DNA of 64,000 nucleotides from Nitrospirota bacterium (GCA_963818475.1 CAWFSF010000006.1:1568001-1632000); one strand, 5' to 3'; shown: positions 11,525-22,586, counted from the stretch's first letter. Program-made: numbers and translations. The notes: generated by a model from the letters alone, not told the origin.

Positions 11525-14500
11525 TCACCGCAGCTGCATGACTGAAAATGTCTGGCCGGAAATATTTATAGTGCCGACCCTGCGAACCGACGTCTGGTTC
11601 TGAGAGACTGCGTAAGTCAGGGTCCCATTGCCCGTGCCGCTTCCATTCGAAACCCTTATCCAGCTGTCGTCACTTGTGGCAGTCCAGCCGCATTGGCTGT
11701 CCACGTTCACGGTAACACTGCCTGTGCCTTCCGCTCCATTGAACAGGCTGCTCTTGGGGGATATGATAGGCGTGCAGGAACCGGAGACCCCTCTGGTAAA
11801 CGAAGCAAAGATCGTATGCCCGGCGTTTACGTTTGTGAACGTATAACCGGGCGCCGTTCCGACCGATACCCCGTCCACCAGCACATCTGAAATGTTATAA
11901 CCAGTATCAGGGGTGATTGTGAACGCCTGGGGTTCGCTGTAGATCACGGTGATGTCCCCGGCCGGAGTGATGCTTCCGTTAGGCCCTGCCGCAGCAACGA
12001 TGTATGGGTTAAATGTCGCACTAACCATGCAATCCGCTGTTACTGTTGCGGTCGTAAATATGCTTCCATCGAGCGTGCCCCCGCACCCGGTCACCGAGGC
12101 GATGTGATACCCTGTGTCCGGCGTAATCGTGAACAACATACTTTGTCCGTAATCTACCATCTGGGCCGTCGAGGGATTCATGTTCCCGTTGGCTCCAGGG
12201 GCAGGGATAACAGTGTAACGATTGATCTCAAACGAGGCGGTAACCGTGCAATCCGCCGTTATGGCTGCAGTCGTAAATGTGCTTCCGTCGAGCGTGCCCC
12301 CGCACCCGGTCACCGAGGCGATGTGATACCCAGTGTCCGGCGTAATCGTGAACAACGAACTTTGTCCGTGCTCTACCGTCTGAGCTGTCGAGGGATTCAT
12401 GTTCCCGTTGGCTCCAGGGGCAGGGATAACAGTGTAACGATTGATCTCAAACGAGGCGGTAACCGTGCAATCCGCCGTTATGGCTGCAGTCGTAAATGTG
12501 CTTCCGTCGAGCGTGCCCCCGCACCCGGTCACCGAGGCGATGTGATGTCCTATATCCGGCGTAATCGTGAACAACGCACTTTGTCCGTGATCTACCGTCT
12601 GGGCTGTCGAGGGATTCATGCTCCCGCTGGCTCCAGGGGCAGGGGTAACAGTGTAACGATTGATCTCAAACGAGGCGGTAACCGTGCAATCCGCCGTTAT
12701 GGCTGCAGTCGTAAATGTGCTTCCGTCGAGCGTGCCCCCGCACCCGGTCAGCGAGGCGATGTGATGCCCGGTGTCCGGCATAATTGTAAACGACGCACTT
12801 TGTCCGTAACCCACCGTCTGAGGACCTGCGGGACTGATAGCCCCATTTACCCCTGCCGAGGTGGTAATGGTGAGCGGCGGAGCGAGATTTATCGTTACGG
12901 ATAACGCATCCTCAGCTGTATTGCCGATGCTGTCGGCTGCCCTCACGGTAAAATTAAATGTACCGGCCGCAGCTGTTGTGCCCGATATGGCACCGTCTGA
13001 ACTAAACGACAGACCTGCAGGCAAGGCCCCTGATACCACTGACCAGGCGTACGGGCTCACACCGTCTGTGACAGTCAGGGTTTGACTGTAGGATACGCCT
13101 TGCATGCCGGAAGTCAGGGACGATGTGGTAATAGTGAGTGGTTGATAAATCATTATACTAAGGCTGGCCGTTGTGGAAGCCGACACCGCATCCGTCACCT
13201 GTATGGTAAAACTGAAAGTTCCTGCTGTCGTTGCTGTGCCGGAAATTATTCCTGTCAAGCTGTCGAGTGTCAATCCTGACGGCAGGCTTCCGGCGATAAT
13301 CGACCATGCATAAGGTGATGTGCCACCTACGGCAGTCAACGTCGTGGTGAATGGCATGTTCGTTTGGCCGAATCTCGACAGCTGGGGTGAAATAACATGA
13401 AATGATGTATCCCTGAATTTTTTCGTAAAACCGCCATTGGGAAATTGAGCTCCTTGTCCTGTTACATAGACATTGCCGATCAGGTCCACTGCGATGCTCC
13501 ACGGCCATTCACCGATTATATGGTCAGATTGTTTAGTCCACAATTCATTACCGAAAGAATCATATTTTCTGATCAGTGAGTATGGCCCAGTGAGCCGCGT
13601 ATAGCCCAAGACATAAGCATTTCCCATGTTATCCGTGGTAACGCTCATTGCCTCGCTGTACCAGCCTTTCGGGGCAGGAGTCGCCCACCATCTGAGGTTT
13701 CCGCTGGAATCATAGGACATGATGGCCCACATATAACCGGATAAGAAACGTCCTGCTATAAAGCTGTTGCCGGCAAAATCCACAGCGATATCCCAGCCGG
13801 ATTCTTCGCACCAGTTGGGGTCGCAGGGCGCATAACTTAAATAATATGACCTTTCCCACAGGAGAACACCTGTTGCACTGAGTTTGACCGTCAGCATGTC
13901 ATAACCCGTTGTTGAACCCATGCGGTGACCGCTACCTGTTAGATATGCATTGCCGAGAGCATCAACAGCAATGGAATGTGCACTCCCGCCGCCGCTATCG
14001 TAAAAGTTTTTCCATATCTTATTGCCTGAAGCATCATACTTGATCGTGACATAACCTATCTTAGTTCCTGTATCATCCTTTCCCCCATCGCACACATAAA
14101 CATTACCCGCACTGTCGGTTGCAACGCCTGAACGGCCTGAGTAAGCCTTATGAAGGTACTCGGACTTCGTCCATTGCACCGTACCTGAAGCATCATATTT
14201 AACGAGCACCAAATCAACATCCCAAAATGTTCCACTGTCTCCGACAACATAGATATTGCCCGTGTTGTCAATGGCGATGCTGTTCGCATGGTCGTAGCCT
14301 GTATTTCGATGAGTTCTTCTCCAAATCTCGTTACCTGCGCTGTCATATTTAACAATTAAAAAATCAGTTCCGCCTAACTCATTATAAATTGATCCCACAG
14401 TATAATAATTGCCGTCTGGATCGAATGCAGATCCGGTGTTCCTCCAGTTGCCGGGGAAATGTGCCCACTCTTCAACAATAAAATGATCGTCAACTGGCAG

Positions 14501-14821
14501 CATGAGGTTTTTCGATGCCACTGTGTTTTCCGCATCAGCGGCCTGCACCGTGAAACTGAATGCACCTGTTGAAGACGGCCTCCCGGAAATTAATCCCGTT
14601 GCGCCGTCTAATTGGAGCCCCGGCGGCAGTGTTCCTAGTGTGACTGTCCATGCATATGGAGGCAGTCCACCAGTGATATCAACCGATTGGCGATAATCGC
14701 TACCCACCGAACCTTGCAATAAATAATCAGTTATTATTGCAGGAACAGCTTGTGCATATCCGGAAAATAAAACGACATAAAAAACCGCAAAAGCGAAAAC
14801 CTTGAAGATCTCTTTTTTCAT
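11525..14821 (-). CDS. Secreted surface protein: putative Ig (He_PIG-like) domains, SBBP-type beta-propeller, InlB-B/Flg_new-like repeats, C-terminal BACON-like domain
   Basis: Signal peptide; GG..PY.W....G.LP.GL.l....G.ISG.p...G.F.FTV.a.D x3; repeats of IAVD..GN.YV.G......D....KYD.SG...W; FTITPDTGYHIASVTGCGG repeats; C-terminal C.WTA.S...WI...GSG.G.GT..Y.V..N.....R.GTI.I.GQTFSV.Q. Confidence 0.85.
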   Translation of the reverse strand: MKKEIFKVFAFAVFYVVLFSGYAQAVPAIITDYLLQGSVGSDYRQSVDITGGLPPYAWTVTLGTLPPGLQLDGATGLISGRPSSTGAFSFTVQAADAENTVASKNLMLPVDDHFIVEEWAHFPGNWRNTGSAFDPDGNYYTVGSIYNELGGTDFLIVKYDSAGNEIWRRTHRNTGYDHANSIAIDNTGNIYVVGDSGTFWDVDLVLVKYDASGTVQWTKSEYLHKAYSGRSGVATDSAGNVYVCDGGKDDTGTKIGYVTIKYDASGNKIWKNFYDSGGGSAHSIAVDALGNAYLTGSGHRMGSTTGYDMLTVKLSATGVLLWERSYYLSYAPCDPNWCEESGWDIAVDFAGNSFIAGRFLSGYMWAIMSYDSSGNLRWWATPAPKGWYSEAMSVTTDNMGNAYVLGYTRLTGPYSLIRKYDSFGNELWTKQSDHIIGEWPWSIAVDLIGNVYVTGQGAQFPNGGFTKKFRDTSFHVISPQLSRFGQTNMPFTTTLTAVGGTSPYAWSIIAGSLPSGLTLDSLTGIISGTATTAGTFSFTIQVTDAVSASTTASLSIMIYQPLTITTSSLTSGMQGVSYSQTLTVTDGVSPYAWSVVSGALPAGLSFSSDGAISGTTAAAGTFNFTVRAADSIGNTAEDALSVTINLAPPLTITTSAGVNGAISPAGPQTVGYGQSASFTIMPDTGHHIASLTGCGGTLDGSTFTTAAITADCTVTASFEINRYTVTPAPGASGSMNPSTAQTVDHGQSALFTITPDIGHHIASVTGCGGTLDGSTFTTAAITADCTVTASFEINRYTVIPAPGANGNMNPSTAQTVEHGQSSLFTITPDTGYHIASVTGCGGTLDGSTFTTAAITADCTVTASFEINRYTVIPAPGANGNMNPSTAQMVDYGQSMLFTITPDTGYHIASVTGCGGTLDGSIFTTATVTADCMVSATFNPYIVAAAGPNGSITPAGDITVIYSEPQAFTITPDTGYNISDVLVDGVSVGTAPGYTFTNVNAGHTIFASFTRGVSGSCTPIISPKSSLFNGAEGTGSVTVNVDSQCGWTATSDDSWIRVSNGSGTGNGTLTYAVSQNQTSVRRVGTINISGQTFSVMQLR
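12030..12790. repeat. Intragenic tandem repeat, 219-bp (73-aa) unit, ~3.5 near-identical copies
   Basis: TTGATCTCAAACGAGGCGG recurs at ~12222, ~12441 and ~12660. Confidence 0.9.
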
Positions 14822-15195
14822 TCCCTCACCTCCGTTGTTTTTTCAGGATGCCATTTCTGAATTTACGCGATTAGCAAGATCTGCATCTTCGACGTGAGGA
14901 TAGCCTGAGAAAAACGGACGATACCCTCGACACTATCCTTTTTTCAGCCTGAGATGTTTGGACATTGATTGAGTGAACTTCCTTGATGACTTTTGAACCG
15001 ATAAAGCACTCACTAGCCCAAGCGTTCTTTGAAGGGTCTTTCAGTTATTTCGTGGAGCATTTGATTTCGTGCGTATAGAATTAAACTGCGTTTTGGACGG
15101 CATGGTAAGGCGGATATGCAGGAATTCTGAAATACGAAGCTGCAGCTTTGATCCCGGATGGTCAAATGGACTGATGCATTTTTCTTATAATGCGC

Positions 15196-15224
15196 ATACT
15201 AATATAGCTGTGTCATTCTGTCAA
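15196..15224 (-). promoter_or_regulatory. Sigma70-type promoter for the 1098-aa surface protein gene
   Basis: TTGACA-17 nt-TAGTAT on the minus strand. Confidence 0.6.
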
Positions 15225-15375
15225 GAACAATGGTCCATTGTTTCGGGGTAATTTAAGGGGATGTGTCAAATCTGCAACAGAGGGATTCTTGTGCGAGAGA
15301 GCTACTTTGCGCAACAAACTGCACACCCCTTCTAATAGGGCTAAGGTAGGCCTATGATCCGGTTGTAACGAATCA

Positions 15376-16764
15376 TCACCCATTCCCCTTCTTCTTCAGA
15401 ATCTCCCTCGCAGCCACCACGCCGGAGATCGATGCCTGAATCAGGCCGCGGGTCACTCCGGCGCCGTCGCCGACAGCGAAGAGGTTCTTCACTTCTGTTT
15501 CGAGCCCGGAGGTGAGCTTCAGCTTCATGGAATAGAATTTCACCTCCACGCCGTAAAGCAGCGTATCTCCCGAATTAACACCCGGCGCCACATTGTCAAG
15601 GGCTTCGAGCATTTCCATGATATTGTGAAGATGGCGGTAGGGAAGGACAAAGCTCAGATCACCGGGCGTTGAATCCTCGAGCGTCGGCCGCACTGAGCCC
15701 TCGGCGATCCGCTCGGGCGTCGACCGCCGGCCCATCTTGAGATCGCCGAGCCGCTGGACGATCACTCCGCTGCCCAGGAGGTTCGCCAGGCCGGCTATGT
15801 ACTTGCCGTACGCGATCGGTTCGTCAAAGGGGCTCGTGAACTCCGTGCTCACCAGGAGGGCGAAGTTCGTGTTCGCTGTTTTCCGGTTCCGGTAGCTGTG
15901 ACCGTTCGCGCTGTACACGCCTTCGCTGTACTCTTTCACCACCTCGCCATAGGGATTCATGCAAAAGGTCCGGACGCGGTCGCGGAAGCGTTTCGTGCGA
16001 TAGAGAAATTTTCCTTCATAGGCGACATCGGTTATGTCCTTCATGATGCTTGCCGGCAGCTCGACCCGCACGCCGATGTCCACGGGGTTCTTCCGGATCG
16101 ACAATCCCAGCCGCTTCGCCTCTGCTGAAAGCCAGGTCGAACCTTCTCTTCCCGCTGCAACGATGACCTGCCTTGCATCGTAACGGTCCCCGTCCCGGGT
16201 CAGGACCCCGGTTGCCTCGCCTTGCTCTGTTGTGATCTGCTGTACTGCTGTATCAAAGAGAACATCCACCTTCCCGTCCAGATACCCCCGTATGTTCTGC
16301 AGAACCACCTTGCAGAGGTCGGTGCCGATATGCCGGATGCGCGCGGGGATCAATTCGAGGCCATAACCTGCTGCTTTTTTCTTGAGCCTGCCAAGGGCCT
16401 CGTCATCCTGCCCGTGTATCGCCCCGCCGGCCCCGAAGGATTGGTACGTAGCGTCCACCTGATCGATAAAAGCCGACAGGTCGCCTGGCAAGATATACTC
16501 CTTGAGCCATCCGCCGAACTCAGGAGTGAGCGTGAGCTTTCCATCGCTGTAGGCCCCTGCCCCTCCCCAGCCGCAGAGGATGCCGCAGAGGCTGCACTGC
16601 ACGCAGGGCACGGACGACTCCAGCATGGGACAGGCGCGGGCAGTGATATCGCTGCCCTTTTCGATCATGAGGATTTTAAGATTGGATTTTTTGGACAGCT
16701 CGAGCGCGGCAAAGATGCCTGCCGGTCCGGTGCCGATGATGATAACGTCGTAAGAGGAAGTCAT
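15376..16764 (-). CDS. Uncharacterised NAD(P)/FAD-dependent oxidoreductase (COG2509-like)
   Basis: N-terminal DVIIIGTGPAG Rossmann motif, GWGGAGAYSDGKL, VRTFCMNPYG, GDGAGVTRGL. Confidence 0.85.
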   Translation of the reverse strand: MTSSYDVIIIGTGPAGIFAALELSKKSNLKILMIEKGSDITARACPMLESSVPCVQCSLCGILCGWGGAGAYSDGKLTLTPEFGGWLKEYILPGDLSAFIDQVDATYQSFGAGGAIHGQDDEALGRLKKKAAGYGLELIPARIRHIGTDLCKVVLQNIRGYLDGKVDVLFDTAVQQITTEQGEATGVLTRDGDRYDARQVIVAAGREGSTWLSAEAKRLGLSIRKNPVDIGVRVELPASIMKDITDVAYEGKFLYRTKRFRDRVRTFCMNPYGEVVKEYSEGVYSANGHSYRNRKTANTNFALLVSTEFTSPFDEPIAYGKYIAGLANLLGSGVIVQRLGDLKMGRRSTPERIAEGSVRPTLEDSTPGDLSFVLPYRHLHNIMEMLEALDNVAPGVNSGDTLLYGVEVKFYSMKLKLTSGLETEVKNLFAVGDGAGVTRGLIQASISGVVAAREILKKKGNG

Positions 16765-16830
16765 GTGATCACTCCCTACAGGGAGAATGAGTCACGATAA
16801 ATAGTAATAAAACCCTCATGATTCTATTTT

Positions 16831-16908
16831 ACCACGGAGACACGGAGGCACAGAGAAAACATTAACGTTTTGAAATAGCTCTTCTCCGTGACTCCGTGTC
16901 TCCGTGGT
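16831..16908. repeat. Palindromic element, (CACGGAGR)x3 octamer arms
   Basis: AC-CACGGAGA-CACGGAGG-CACAGAGA ... TCTCCGTG-ACTCCGTG-TCTCCGTG-GT; sister copy at 56078-56258. Confidence 0.85.
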
Positions 16909-16940
16909 AGATGTCAACCGGCTCCTTACTCTGTGGTTTC

Positions 16941-18369
16941 TTATTTCTTCGGTTCGAAATCGTTCTTGATTTTAAGGAAGGTGCGGCAGGTTCGTGAACA
17001 ATCGCCGCGCGCTGTCGGGCGACTTGAACATGAGCGGCACGATCTTGCGGGTCCAGTTTCTGCCGGTGTAGAATTGTTTGATGAACTGTTTGTACAGGTC
17101 GTCAAGCCGTTCTTTTGATCCGATCCCCTTCGGCACGAACACGAAGTTCAGGCAGTTCATGAGCTCCCATTTTTCGTCAAAGGTCCCCTCTTCAAGGATA
17201 TTCTGGTAGATGGGCGAACCCGGGAACGGCGTGAACTTGGTCATGTTCATATCGTCCAGTCCGAGGCCGTTAATAAAGTCCGTCGTCATCCTGACGGTCT
17301 CCTCGGTCTCGCCCGGGAGCCCCATCATGAACAGTCCCTTGGCCCTGATGCCAGCCTTCTGGATGCGGGCCACTGTGGTCTTCATCTCATTGAAATCAAC
17401 CTTGGTCTTGTGGCGCGCCAGTATCTCGGGGGCGCCTGACTCGATGCCGAGGCTCACCATCCAGCAGCCTGACGCCTTGAGCATTTTGAGCAGCGCATCA
17501 TCGATATGGCCCACGCGGACGGCGCAGTTATAGGTCATGCCCAGCGGTTTCTGGAGCAGGAGGTTGCAGAATTTCTCGATCCGCTCGCGGTTGAAGGTGA
17601 ACAGGTCGTCGTAAAAGAACACGTGTCTGATGTTGAAGTTCTTTTTCAGGAATGCCATGTGCTCGTACAGATATTCCGGAGAATTGAACCGGAAGCTCCT
17701 GCGGTATACCGACCGGTCGCAGTAGGAGCATTGATAGGGACAGCCGCGGCTCGAGATGATCGTTGCGGTCGGCGCCTTGGGATAATTGAACAACGCCGCT
17801 TCGAAGCGCTTGGGGAATCCATCGAGTTTGTGATATGCGGGGAATGGAAGGCTGTCGAGCTCAACAAGATCGGTCCTGAGCCCATTGTCCTTTATCAAAG
17901 CGCCGTCGCGATACACCAGTCCCTGGATCGTTCCCGGTTCCGCGCCAGCGGCCAGTTCCGCCATGGCCTTCTCGCCTTCGCCGGTCACGAGATAATCAAT
18001 GGCCGGGTACTGTTCGAGGATCTTGCCTCGCAATGCGGACACATGCACCCCGCCGACGATGGTCGTGATATGCGGCGTTGCCTGCTTGATCGCTTCAGCC
18101 TGGCGATAGGCATTCAAAAAGCTCGAGGTGACCGCGGTGAATCCCACCATATCAGGCTTGAACTCGGCAACGCGCGACATGACGTCCGCAGTGCCGACGA
18201 GCGTGACCGGTCCGCGGCAGTCGTGGATCGCGGTCTCGACGCACTGCTGCTCCAGATAGGCGGCTATGGACAGAATGCCCATGGGCGCCATCCGGATGGC
18301 GGTTTCGGTCTTGTCTTCCCTGCCTTCGACCCAGTTCGAGCCGAAGGGATTGATCAAAAGTATTTTCAT
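16941..18369 (-). CDS. B12-binding radical SAM protein
   Basis: N-terminal cobalamin-binding domain (PMGILSIAAYL, GG.H, GEGE), SRGCPYQCSYC; likely true stop at 16941 after a terminal frameshift. Confidence 0.9.
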
Positions 18370-19793
18370 CGTTTTAATTTTCCGCTTGCGGTCCTGGGCA
18401 ACTGGTCTACGAACTCAAAATCCTTCGGCACCTTGTACCGCGCCAGATGCTGGTAACAGTACCGCCGAAGGTCATTGGCATCAGGAACCCCCAGGTCTTC
18501 CTGCGCCACGATCTTTGCAATGGGCAGCTGTCCGTAATGAGGGTGTGCAACGCCATACACTAAAGATTCCTTCACCAGCGGATGCTGGTTCAGGACCGAT
18601 TCAACTTCGAGGGCGAAAACCTTCATGCCCACAAAATTGATCACGTCCTTGTCCCTGCCGACGATGAAGAGAAATCCGTCTGCATCGATCTTGCCGAGGT
18701 CGCCGGTCTTGAACCAGCCGTCGCTCAGAATGTCATCCCTGCCCTGCCAGGGCGAGTAGTATGCATCGAGCATGCCTTTCCCCCTGATCCGGATCTCGCC
18801 GACCCCCTCAGCATCCTTCTTGTCCAGGGCGATCTCGAAATCGGGCAGCGGCTTGCCGACGGACCCGCGTTTTTCCGCTGTTCCGGAAAGGCGGATAAAG
18901 GGCAGGCCGACCTCAATGATCCCGTAGGCTTCGGTCAGTTCAAAACCGAACTTTGCGGAGAAAGACGCTGCCACCTCTTCCGGCAGTTTCATGGCTGTCG
19001 AGACCGCAAGGCGGATATGTTTCAGCACATCGCTCGGCAGCGAATCGGTCCGGGCCAGAAGGCTGTAAAAGAACGGCGACGCATAGATGAGCGTCCCCTG
19101 ATGGGCCTGCACGCCTTCGATCAGCGAGCTGGGATAACGGTGGCCGCACAGCACGATGGTGGCGCCGCGCCGCAGGAACAGCAGGATCGTGACCACAAAA
19201 TGAAAGCTCATGGACAGCACCCAGAGCACCGTGTCCTGTGACGTGATCTGCAGGCCCTTGTCGGCAGCATCGGTCCGTTCGATGATCGCTTCGTGGGAAA
19301 GCACCACGCCTTTGCTCGTGCCCGTGGTCCCCGATGTAAACCGGATGAACGCGGGATTGATGCGGAAATATTCCGACTTTGGCCGCTCCCGCACTGCCCG
19401 TTTCGCGAAGAGAAATTGTTTCTTGAAGAGGCCGGTGGACTGCAGCAGCTCACCATAGCCGCCCTTCCGCAGCTCCGGTTCAGCCACCAGAAAATCGACA
19501 TCGATCCCGTCAATGACCGTCTCGACCTCTTCCGGAGTCTGCTCTGTCGAGACCGGCACGATAACGGCTGACAGGGACAGGATGGCCAGGCTCACGATAA
19601 TATAATCGATGCTGTCGTCGCACAGCAGGCCGACGCGGTGCAGCCTGCCCACGCCTTTTTTGTGCAGTTCCTCGGCGACCAGGCCCGCCGATTCCAGCAG
19701 CCGGCCGTAGGTGATCCGGTCGTCCGCCTCGATGACGGCGATCTTGCCCGAGAACGCCTGGGTCTCCTGCTTTATGATATCAAAGATATTCAT
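18366..19793 (-). CDS. AMP-binding acyl-CoA/acyl-carrier ligase
   Basis: FTSGTTGTSKG, EAYG, GWFKTGD, PRTASGK motifs. Confidence 0.9.
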   Translation of the reverse strand: MNIFDIIKQETQAFSGKIAVIEADDRITYGRLLESAGLVAEELHKKGVGRLHRVGLLCDDSIDYIIVSLAILSLSAVIVPVSTEQTPEEVETVIDGIDVDFLVAEPELRKGGYGELLQSTGLFKKQFLFAKRAVRERPKSEYFRINPAFIRFTSGTTGTSKGVVLSHEAIIERTDAADKGLQITSQDTVLWVLSMSFHFVVTILLFLRRGATIVLCGHRYPSSLIEGVQAHQGTLIYASPFFYSLLARTDSLPSDVLKHIRLAVSTAMKLPEEVAASFSAKFGFELTEAYGIIEVGLPFIRLSGTAEKRGSVGKPLPDFEIALDKKDAEGVGEIRIRGKGMLDAYYSPWQGRDDILSDGWFKTGDLGKIDADGFLFIVGRDKDVINFVGMKVFALEVESVLNQHPLVKESLVYGVAHPHYGQLPIAKIVAQEDLGVPDANDLRRYCYQHLARYKVPKDFEFVDQLPRTASGKLKR

Positions 19794-21227
19794 CCTTTTT
19801 TCGGCAGATAGTCCTTATAGATATTTCGCATCGAGAAGATGTAGCGTGTGGCAAGGAAAATGATCTTCATCAATTCCCTGAACGGCACCTTTACCCGGTG
19901 CACCCGCAGCGGATTTGCCTGCAAGGCCACCCGGGACAGCTTCGCAAAATGAGCGTAAAAAAGCTTCATCGGAAGCTTGGTCGGCAGGATCGTGTGCATG
20001 CAGTCGTAGTACAGGTAGGGATCGACGATGAAGTCGTCCTTGTGCTGTTTCCAGAGATCGGTGCCCGGCGACGGTGAGAAGACCGTAAAGGTCACCTCGG
20101 CGGGGCAGACAAGCATGATCTCTTTTTCAAGGTCCTTGAAATCCTGGACCGAGAAGTCGGGGTCCACCATGAAGCTCGCATGCAGCGTGATCCCGATCTC
20201 CTTCAGCAGCTCCACGGCCTTGCGGTTCGTGTCAACGTTCGTGCGCTTTTTGTATTTGTCGAGCCGCGAGCCGACCATGGCCTCCAGGCCCACATAGACC
20301 ACGCCGAGGCCCACCTGCTTCCAGAGCCTGAACAGTTCGGGATATTTCACGATCGTGTCAGCCCGTGCCCAGCTGATATACTTCTTCTTGATGCCCCGTT
20401 CGAGCAGCAGGTTCGCGATCTTGGTCAAGCGGTCCTTGTTCAGGAAGGTCTCATCGTCCACAAAGTAGATGTGGTCCTCGGGGACCCTGGCGATCTCGTC
20501 GACCACATCCTCGGGTTGGCGCTGGAGATACTTGCCGCGCATCAGGTAATGCACCACGCAGAAGGAGCACGAGTAGGCGCAGCCGGTGGACGTGCGCATG
20601 CTTGCCATGCGCGGGAACATCGTATCGAGCTTCTTTTCCGTGGTTGAGGTCCAGACGCAGAAATAACGCGACCGGTCAACGAGCTCGCGGCGCGCCCGCG
20701 GGATCTGTTCAACGGGCGGGAACTCCGGCGGCGGGCCTGCCGCCTTCTCGGCAAAATCAGCTGCCCTGGGCGAGAGCACGGCATCGCCGAAGGCCAGCGG
20801 CTCGTTGTTCTTGTAGCGCCTGATGATCTCGCCGAACACGGTGCCGCCCTCGCCGCGCACGATGATGTCGAGACTGTCGCAATTCACCGCATAATCCGCC
20901 GGAATGATCGTGGCGTGCGTGCCGCCGACAATGGTCACGATCTTCGGATCGTGCTTCTTGACGAGGCCCGGCCAGGCTCTTGACCAGGGCGGACTGGCTG
21001 CTGTAGCCGGTGAAGCCCACGATCTGCGGGGCAAAGGTCCGCACCTTTTCCTGGAAGCCCAGGACCGCGTCCTGCTCAAAGCTCAGGTCCTGGATCACGA
21101 CTTCGTCCTCGGCAGGAACGCCGGCAGCGACCATTTCAAGCTCCAGCGGTTCGAGATGCAGGAACCCCTCCTGCAGGCGTTTTGCCACGAGCAGCTGCGG
21201 ATTCGGTTTTACGAGTAATATACGCAC
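19790..21227 (-). CDS. B12-binding radical SAM protein (frameshift ~20980)
   Basis: RILLVKP..EPLELE + VGGTHAT..RGEG + GCAYSCSFC; GTG start behind an AAGGGGG RBS. Confidence 0.88.
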
Positions 21228-21245
21228 GGAGACCCCCTTTAAGTT

Positions 21246-21375
21246 CAAGCATCAAATTACAAGCACCAAATTACAAATACTATTCAATAATTAAAAATCA
21301 AGTCCCAAATGGTTTGAATATTGGAATTTTGGATTTGAATATTATTTGGAATTTGTCATTTGGGATTTAGTATTT
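21246..21375. repeat. Palindromic CAA-N4 heptamer element (family A, copy 1)
   Basis: (CAAN4)4-CAAATACTATT-(~7mer)3-CAAAT-G-GTTTG-mirror arm. Confidence 0.85.
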
Positions 21376-21377
21376 TA

Positions 21378-22586
21378 TTAATAGTCCTTTATCTTCTCCG
21401 GATACTTCCCGTTCCTGACCCAATAGGCAGCAGCCTTGCCCGCCTGTTCACCCAGCGTCATGCACGTGCCCATGACGCGCGTGGAACCGAGCGCCTCGTG
21501 CGTCACCGATATGCACCTGCCGGCAGTAAGCAGATTCGTGATCCCGTCGACCATAAGACACCGGAACGGGATCTCGTAATAGTCCCCGCGCGGAACGTAT
21601 TTATAGATCGTGCCTTTTTCGCGGTCCCACAGTTCGATGGGCCAGGCGTTCTTTACCACGCCGTCCGGGAACTTCCTGGCGGCGAGCACATCCTCTTTCG
21701 TCAGGGTATAGGCCCCTTTGATCCGCCTGCCTTCGCGCTCCAGCACCTTGAGCGACGTTCCGGCGACATAGGCATCCTGAAAAGCAGGCAGCACTGATGC
21801 GAGGTATCTGACCACGCCGTCCGCGTCTGTGCGTGCTTTTTCCACTGACACCGTTCCGTCACTGCTGGAGACGCTCATCTTGCAATATCCCTCATCAGGA
21901 GCGTCGCCGGCGCTGAAGGTGGTGAAGCGGGTCACCGGCGAAAACGTCCCGGCTTTCACTGCCTGCGCAAGATAATAGGGAACTTTGAGGCACAGGCTGT
22001 CATTCACGTCCTTGAGCCCTTTGACATGGACCACGAAGCCTGCCAGTTGCCGTTCATCATCGGGCGTAAGTTCAAAGGGAGCGCCCGCCAGAGCTGCCAC
22101 GGAACCGCTGCCTGAACAGTCAATGACCATGTTCGGCGCTATTTCCTGTTTGCCGCGCAAACCATCTATGGTGACCGACCTGACCTCGCCCTCCTTCGTG
22201 GCGACCGCGATTGCTGAGTGACCCCGCAGCGTTGCGATAGCGCTCTCGCCGTAGCAGAGCGCGGTAAGAACGGACTGCAGATCCTCGTACTGATAGGGCA
22301 GCACGTATACCTGGCCGATCTTTTTGAGCTCCTTCTTCGGCGACGCGTCGCGCAGAAGAGCGGTGATCTCACGCGCCAGGCCCGGGTTCAGGGTTTCCGC
22401 GGGGGCCGCCTCAGCGTTCAGGTAGAGACCGCAGATATGCTGGAACCGTCCGGCAAAACCGGTCCCCCCGAGATAGCGCTCTTTTTCGACGAGTATGGTC
22501 CGCGCACCGCCCCGTGCCGCAGCAACAGCTGCCGCAGCGCCGGCAACGCCGGCGCCGACCACCAGCACATCGCAGGAAGTGCTCAT
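21378..22586 (-). CDS. FAD-dependent oxidoreductase (FAD_oxidored family)
   Basis: DVLVVGAGVAG, IDCSGSG, REGRRI.G.YTLT, YYEIPFRCL..NLL.AGRCIS..H.A.GS.RVM. Confidence 0.88.
   Translation of the reverse strand: MSTSCDVLVVGAGVAGAAAAVAAARGGARTILVEKERYLGGTGFAGRFQHICGLYLNAEAAPAETLNPGLAREITALLRDASPKKELKKIGQVYVLPYQYEDLQSVLTALCYGESAIATLRGHSAIAVATKEGEVRSVTIDGLRGKQEIAPNMVIDCSGSGSVAALAGAPFELTPDDERQLAGFVVHVKGLKDVNDSLCLKVPYYLAQAVKAGTFSPVTRFTTFSAGDAPDEGYCKMSVSSSDGTVSVEKARTDADGVVRYLASVLPAFQDAYVAGTSLKVLEREGRRIKGAYTLTKEDVLAARKFPDGVVKNAWPIELWDREKGTIYKYVPRGDYYEIPFRCLMVDGITNLLTAGRCISVTHEALGSTRVMGTCMTLGEQAGKAAAYWVRNGKYPEKIKDY

Noticed and set aside
11307-11528. 73-aa ORF
   Set aside because: Chimera of terminator sequence and the duplicated oxidoreductase fragment
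12030-12790. Possible CRISPR array
   Set aside because: 219-bp in-frame coding repeats with no unique spacers; no cas genes. The short-period intergenic repeats also lack spacers
14822-15195. Second cyclic-dinucleotide riboswitch in the leader of the 1098-aa gene
   Set aside because: No GC-AAA..GNRA..GACGC pattern found; only weak hairpins
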